Positions 58,792 through 64,000 of a stretch of 64,000 nt of DNA are shown piece by piece. Position numbers and translations under genes: made by a program. The DNA comes from Gekko japonicus (lineage: Eukaryota). Within the stretch, counting starts at the first letter, position 1. Each line of letters opens with the position of its first letter. The DNA lies in assembly GCF_001447785.1 (NCBI RefSeq), contig NW_015170414.1:1-64000 (forward strand). The letters are read 5' to 3'. The notes under the pieces were generated by a model. The model searched no databases and was not told where the DNA came from. It was given only the letters and a program-made list of their open reading frames with translations.

Positions 58792-61700
58792 ATGGCAACG
58801 GTGTCCGCACCAGGCCTGCTGCCGCCCTTCGACACAGCTCGCCCACAAGATTGGAGTGCATGGGTATGAGGCGTAAAGTCTGCGCTCACCTTCTACAAGG
58901 TGACGGACGACGCACAAAAGAGAGGCTTCCTCCTCGCCTCCTGCGGAACCGCCATCGTGTCCCTAGCCGAATGCTTGCTGTCCCCGACGGACCTCGACGC
59001 CTGCTCCTTTGACCAGGTAGACAAGGTGGTGCAAGACCATTATGCTCTGAAGCCATTGGAGATGACCTGTCGGCTGGCGTTCTACAACCGTAGCCAGCTC
59101 GCCCAGGAGACAGTCACAGATTTCCTCATGGAGCTCTGCCATCTGGCCACAGACTGTAAGTTCGGGGCGAACTTAGACGAGGCCCTCCGGGACCGTTTTG
59201 TCATGGGACTAAGGGAGGAGAAGCTCAAGTGGTGGATCATCGTGGCGGAGACCGTCACCCTCACCTCAGCCCTATCCACCGCCATCGCCTGGGAGCGGTC
59301 ACACCCCACCACGACCGTGGCCCTGCAGGTCAAGCCGGACGACCCCGAGGAGCAAGAGGTCCTCCGAGCATACGCAGGGCCCAAGCGTTGCTCTCAAGGG
59401 CAAGAAAACCCCTGAGCCGCAACTGCCGACTGTGCGGCTGCGGAGAGAGGCACGAGAGGAAGTCATGCCGGTTCCGCGACGTGATCTGCCGAAACTGCGG
59501 AAAGACCGGCCACATTGCTTGTGTGTGCCGCTCGAAGACAAAGAAGGCACAGCCACCGTGTCACAGAGCAAACGCACACTGCGAGGATGACGCAGAGGCC
59601 GGGGACCTCTACCACCTCACACAGACAGCAGCAAAGGTACTGCAACTCCCCGGCAAATCGCCTACCCCTAAAATTTTAGCCACGGTAACAATAGAGGGGT
59701 CTCCATGCCATATAGAAATAGACTCGGCCTCCGCGGCCTCAATAATTTCAGAGGCCACACTTAAACGCTTGTGCCCAAAGAGGGGACCCCGCTTGCGCCC
59801 AGCTCAAGTGACACTCATGGACTTTCAGCGGAACCGGGTGCCGATAAAGGGGGTTGGGTCTTTCAGAGTGCAGTACGGGCAATTCAAGGGACTTCTGGAG
59901 TTGATAGTGGTAGAGGGCAACTTAGTCAGCTTGCTGGGTCATGCCTGGTTTGAGCCCCTGGAGATTTCAGTCGAGGGAGTCCAGCTGTGTACAAACCAGG
60001 ATTTCCAAGGGATATGCCGGGAGTTTCCCACCATTTTCGATGACTCTCTGGGCCGCTATACGGCCCCCTCAGTGTCCCTTCGCCTAGACCCAAAGGTGGC
60101 CCCCATCCGAATGCATGCCAGGACAGTTCCGTTGTTGGTCAAGCCTAAAATCGACGCGGAACTAGATCCCTTGTAGCTCAAGGCGTCCTGGAACCGATCT
60201 CCCACGCGGCATGGGATACCCCAATAGTCATAGTAGAAAAGCCAAATGGGGGGGTCCGCATCTGCGCGGACTATAAATGTACGCTGAAGAAGGCGCTACA
60301 GGACCACGCATACCAGGTACCTGTGGTCAGCCACGTATTAGCCACTTTGGGAGGGGCAAAGATTTTTGGTAAATTGGATCTAGCCCAAGCTTACCAACAG
60401 TTGCCAGTAGACGAGGCGGGGGGCATTCCGGGTCAAGCGACTGCAATTTGGGGTGAGCGTGGCACCAGGGCTGTTCCAACAACTGATGGACTCTCTCCTC
60501 AAAGTTATCCCCGGCGTCACCCCGTTTTTCGATGATGTAATGATCACCGCTGCCACACCGGCCGACTTCGCAGACCGCCTCCGCACAGTGCTCTGGCGTT
60601 TCCAGGACGCCGAACTAAAAGTTAAACTCGAAAAGTGTTGGCTGGGGGTGCCGTCTGTGGACTTTCTGGGGTTCATGGTGGATGCTGAGGGCCTCCACCT
60701 GACCCGGGACAAAGTAAAAGCAATCGTGGAAGCTCCGCCACCAAAGTCCAAATCAGAATTACAGGCGTTTTTAGGGATTCTCATTTTCTACCACGCCTTT
60801 CTGCCCCAAAAGGCAGCAGTACCAGAACCTCTCCATTGCCTGTTGGACAAGCAGACCCCCTGGGTGTGGGGGCCCCGCCAGGCTGCCGCGTTCCAGAACG
60901 TTAAAGAACTATTGATTTCGAACTCGGTCCTGGCCCATTTTAATGAGGCACTGCCAGCTGTCTTGGCATGCGACGCCTCACCCTATGGCGTTGGGGCAGT
61001 ACTGGCGCATTGTCTCCCGGACGGGCGGGAGGTCCCCATGGCATATTACTCGTGCACTCTATCTGCGGCCAAGAGGAACTACGCCCAGATAGATCGCGAA
61101 GGACTAGCCATAGTAGCCATAGTAGCAGGGGTCAAGAAGTTCCATGACTTTGTCTACGGTCGGCCTTTCACCATCGCCACAGACCACCGACCTCTCCTCG
61201 GACTTTTTGCGCCCGATCAACGGACGCCGCAGGTCATCTTGCCGCGGGTCTTGCGGTGGTCCATTTTCCTGGAGGTCTACGATTACCAGCTGCAACATCG
61301 CCCGGGGAAAGCCATGGGCCATGCTGACGCCCTAAGCTGTCTTCCCCTTCCAGAAGTGGTGGAGGATCCGGCCCCAGTGCACCTTGCCTTCCAGCTGGAA
61401 GGCCTGCCGGAGGCCCTACTGCAGGCTGCAGACATTGCCCGCCGGTCAACATGGGACCCCATCATATCCCGGGTGCTGGGCTGGGTGGTGAGGGGGTGGC
61501 CTGTGAAGACAGAAGGCCCCAAGTTCACAGTGTTGACGGCCCGCCGGGAGGAGTTGTCAGCCCACAAAGGCTGCCTGCTGTGGGGAGACAGGGTCGTGGT
61601 CCCCGGCGCCCTCCGTCAAAAGGTGCTCCAGGCCCTTCATGAAGCGCATCCGGGCATCGTCAGGATGAAAGCCCTCGCCCGGAGCTATGTCTGGTGGCCA

Positions 61701-62460
61701 GGCATCGATGCAGAAGCAGAGGCGTGGGTGAAGCATTGCCCAACCTGCCAGACCGTCCGACCCAGCCCACCGGGTGCGCCGGCCCAGTCGTGGGAATCCA
61801 CACGTACCTCATGGCCTCGGCTACACATAGACTTTGCCAGACCATTCCACGGACTGATATTCCTTGTGACTGTGGATTCCTACTCGAAGTGGCTGGAGAT
61901 AAGCCCCGTCTCTGCAACATCCACAAAGCCCACCATTCGCGCCCTCCAGAAGATCTTCGCCACCCATGGCCTTCCAGACACCATTGTCTTGGACAACGGG
62001 ACGGCGTTCACATCAGAGAAGTTCCAGCAGTTCCTCAGCAGCAACTTGATCAAACACATCAGGTTGGCACCTTTCCACCCCTCGACAAACGGCCAAGCGG
62101 AACGCATGGTCCGGATAGCAAAGGAAGCACTAAGCCCCCTGACGAAGGGTGACTGGGAATGTCACATTGCCCGCTTCCTCTTGGCGCAATGGACGACACC
62201 CAACCCAGTAAGTGGTCGCTGCCCAGCAGAGCTCCTAATGGGTCGGAGGCCAACCACCTTACTGGACCGCCTACACCCTGTCCGGGCTCCTGAGCCACGG
62301 AACTCCCCAGAGCAGAGGGAAGAACCTCGTGGGTTCTTCCCAGAGGACCCTGTCTTTGCCAGGAACTTCGGTAGAGGGCCGGACTGGGTCGCTGGCCTCA
62401 TCATCTGTCCCACAGGCACTGTAATGTACGAAGTGTCAATGGAATGAGGGCAGATCTATC
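58792..62460 (+). mobile_element. Gypsy LTR retrotransposon (Mag-like) gag-pol, defective and 3'-truncated
   Basis: gag from ATG 58792 with an in-frame TGA at 58867. Twin zinc knuckles (CGCGERHERKSC..CRNCGKTGHIACVC), protease IDSA, RT (KLDLAQAY..FFDD), RNase H (CDASPYGVG), integrase HHCC plus D(HIDF)-D(LDNG)-E(AER). Domain order PR-RT-RH-IN. Frameshifts near 59400, 60170 and 60420. Confidence 0.95.
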
Positions 62461-62789
62461 GATGTAGTAACACAGGCACTGTTAAGAATGGCGGCAACCC
62501 ATTGAGCATAATAGGATATAGGGCATTCGTATGCACCCCCCCATGGCATGGGCCAATTAGCTACCCTCCTGCGCGCGGGACCAGCTAGGAAACCGTTAGG
62601 TGGCGAAAGCTGGGAAGCAGTAGTCTCTCATGGTACATAGGAGACTTCCAGACAATACAACCTCCAACACAACATCCTCCTGCACATCTGTAAAGATAAG
62701 CATTGCGGCACAGGCAGAACAGCAGAGATCGGAATGCAATAGCAATTACCAAGACACAGAATGAACTCCCCAACCCCCATGGCAGCATA

Positions 62790-63774
62790 GCTGACACCTC
62801 TCTATTTAATTTGTTCCTTTCAGATCTCCCCTCCTATTTGGCTAAAATTGATGGACATGCACCCAAATTAAATTCAGTTCCAGTCCCTATCTTATTATAT
62901 GTGGATGACACAGCAGTTCTTTCTTTTACTAAAGTAGGATTAAAGCAATCCCTATCAGCATTTATTTCATTTTGCAACCAGAACTCCTTATTTTTTAATT
63001 TTGATAAGACTAAAATTTGGGTATTTTCTAAATCATGGAGGCGTTCCGTTTGGATGATCGATGGAAGAGAAATTGAACAAGTTAAATCTTTCAGATACTT
63101 GGTATTCTCTTTCATTATAATTTAAAATGGTCCATCCATTGGGAGCATTCCCTTAGCTTGGCCAAAAACAAGATGGCTGCTATAACTCATTTTCACTATC
63201 AAAAAGGGAACCAATTTGTCCCAGCCGCCCTATGGATTTTTCAGGCTACAGTGATTTCCCAGTTACTGTATGGGATTCCCATGTGGATTCAGGACCTTAA
63301 TCAAAAGGTTGAACGAGTTAATACAATCTTTCTGTGTTGAATTCTTGGTATTCCCAACTCAGTTAGTTACTTCACCCTGTGTGCTGAGTTGGGCCTTTAT
63401 ACCATAGAATTTAGACCTTGGATTGCTACCAATGTTCCCTCTAAGCTGTGGAGTCTTGTGAGCACAAATTCTACTTTGTGAGCTACTGACATTAAAGCTG
63501 TGGGCGAGTGATTTGGCTACTACATAAATTAGTTAGCTCTGGAGCCATCCTTCCTGAGCTAAGACAAAAATGTGTGAACCAGGGGCTAAAAAACTGTGAG
63601 CTAACTCACACTAACTCAGCTTAGAGGGAACACTGATTGCTACCATCAAATATTGGATATATCTTTATTTCCAACCTCCTCCAAATAGTCATTGCTTCTC
63701 TAACTGCTGACCTGTATGTTTTTAAATGGACCCAATTAGTAAGGGAGAAAATTAATTCTTTAGGCATTGATCTT
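62790..63774 (+). mobile_element. Non-LTR retrotransposon RT fragment (RTE-X-like)
   Basis: LFNLFLSDL..ILLYVDDTAVLS..GLKQSL..FC..NFDKTKIWVFSK..IEQVKSFRYL. The clade is assigned from recalled motif style. Confidence 0.7.
63430..63635. mobile_element. hAT MITE inserted in the LINE
   Basis: TIRs CAATGTTCCCTCTAAGCTG / CAGCTTAGAGGGAACACTG. Perfect 8-bp TSD attgctac. TGTGAGC repeats. Confidence 0.93.
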
Positions 63775-64000
63775 AGGGTTGCCAAAACTAAATTTCTTAC
63801 CGGCGGGGGAGCGTCCTCTCGCTCCGGGAGCCGGCTGGGGATGTGCGCGCACGCGCTGCCGGAACATCACCGGAAGTGATGCACGACGTAGCACGTTGGG
63901 GCATGGCCAAGATCATCGGGGGGAAAACCATATGGTTTCCCCCCCAACGATCTGGGCCACCCCCCCAATGTGCCCTACGTCGTGCGTCACCTTTGGTGAC
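63775..64000 (+). mobile_element. Young CpG-rich TAGGGTTGCCA-ended MITE, cut by window edge
   Basis: TAGGGTTGCCA end. Fold-back centred on ggggggaaaaccatatggtttcccccc (about 63918-63945). Confidence 0.75.

Noticed and set aside
60453-62447. Domesticated Gypsy-derived host gene
   Set aside because: Flanked by PBS, LTR and broken gag/protease, has no proper start context, and is truncated. Recency explains the open frame.

Overview
This is eukaryotic, repeat-rich vertebrate DNA from a squamate reptile. Sauria SINE, Squam3-like SINEs and BovB support that call; gecko is my inference. Two spliced genes lie in tandem on the + strand, in the SENP7-then-IMPG2 order I recall from human 3q12. The first is the last six coding exons of SENP7 (463-11197), carrying the complete His/Asp/Cys catalytic triad. 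The second is the first five coding exons of the photoreceptor matrix proteoglycan IMPG2 (ATG at 19979), including a 32-nt exon and a 24-nt microexon at 53546-53701; the gene continues past the window. All exons have GT-AG boundaries and compatible phases. The rest is intron or intergenic DNA filled with L2, CR1, BovB, L1, RTE-X and Penelope fragments, tRNA- and 5S-derived SINEs, a 3'-truncated Mag-type Gypsy element, a non-autonomous Helitron and many MITEs with verifiable TSDs. Most ORF-track entries are noise. The best candidate for an undescribed system is that several unrelated young non-autonomous DNA elements carry dense host transcription-factor motif cassettes (POU/Oct, KLF, ETS-CRE, NF-Y, NRF1, E-box), and one family repeatedly inserts into itself (a triple nest just upstream of IMPG2 exon 3). 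This is a hypothesis, not a demonstrated system. Other notable items are a minimal hammerhead ribozyme in IMPG2 intron 1, a fossil Kolobok-like transposase abutting the IMPG2 promoter, and a templated-insertion repair scar. Comparisons to human and mouse proteins and to repeat consensuses are from memory, not from searches.
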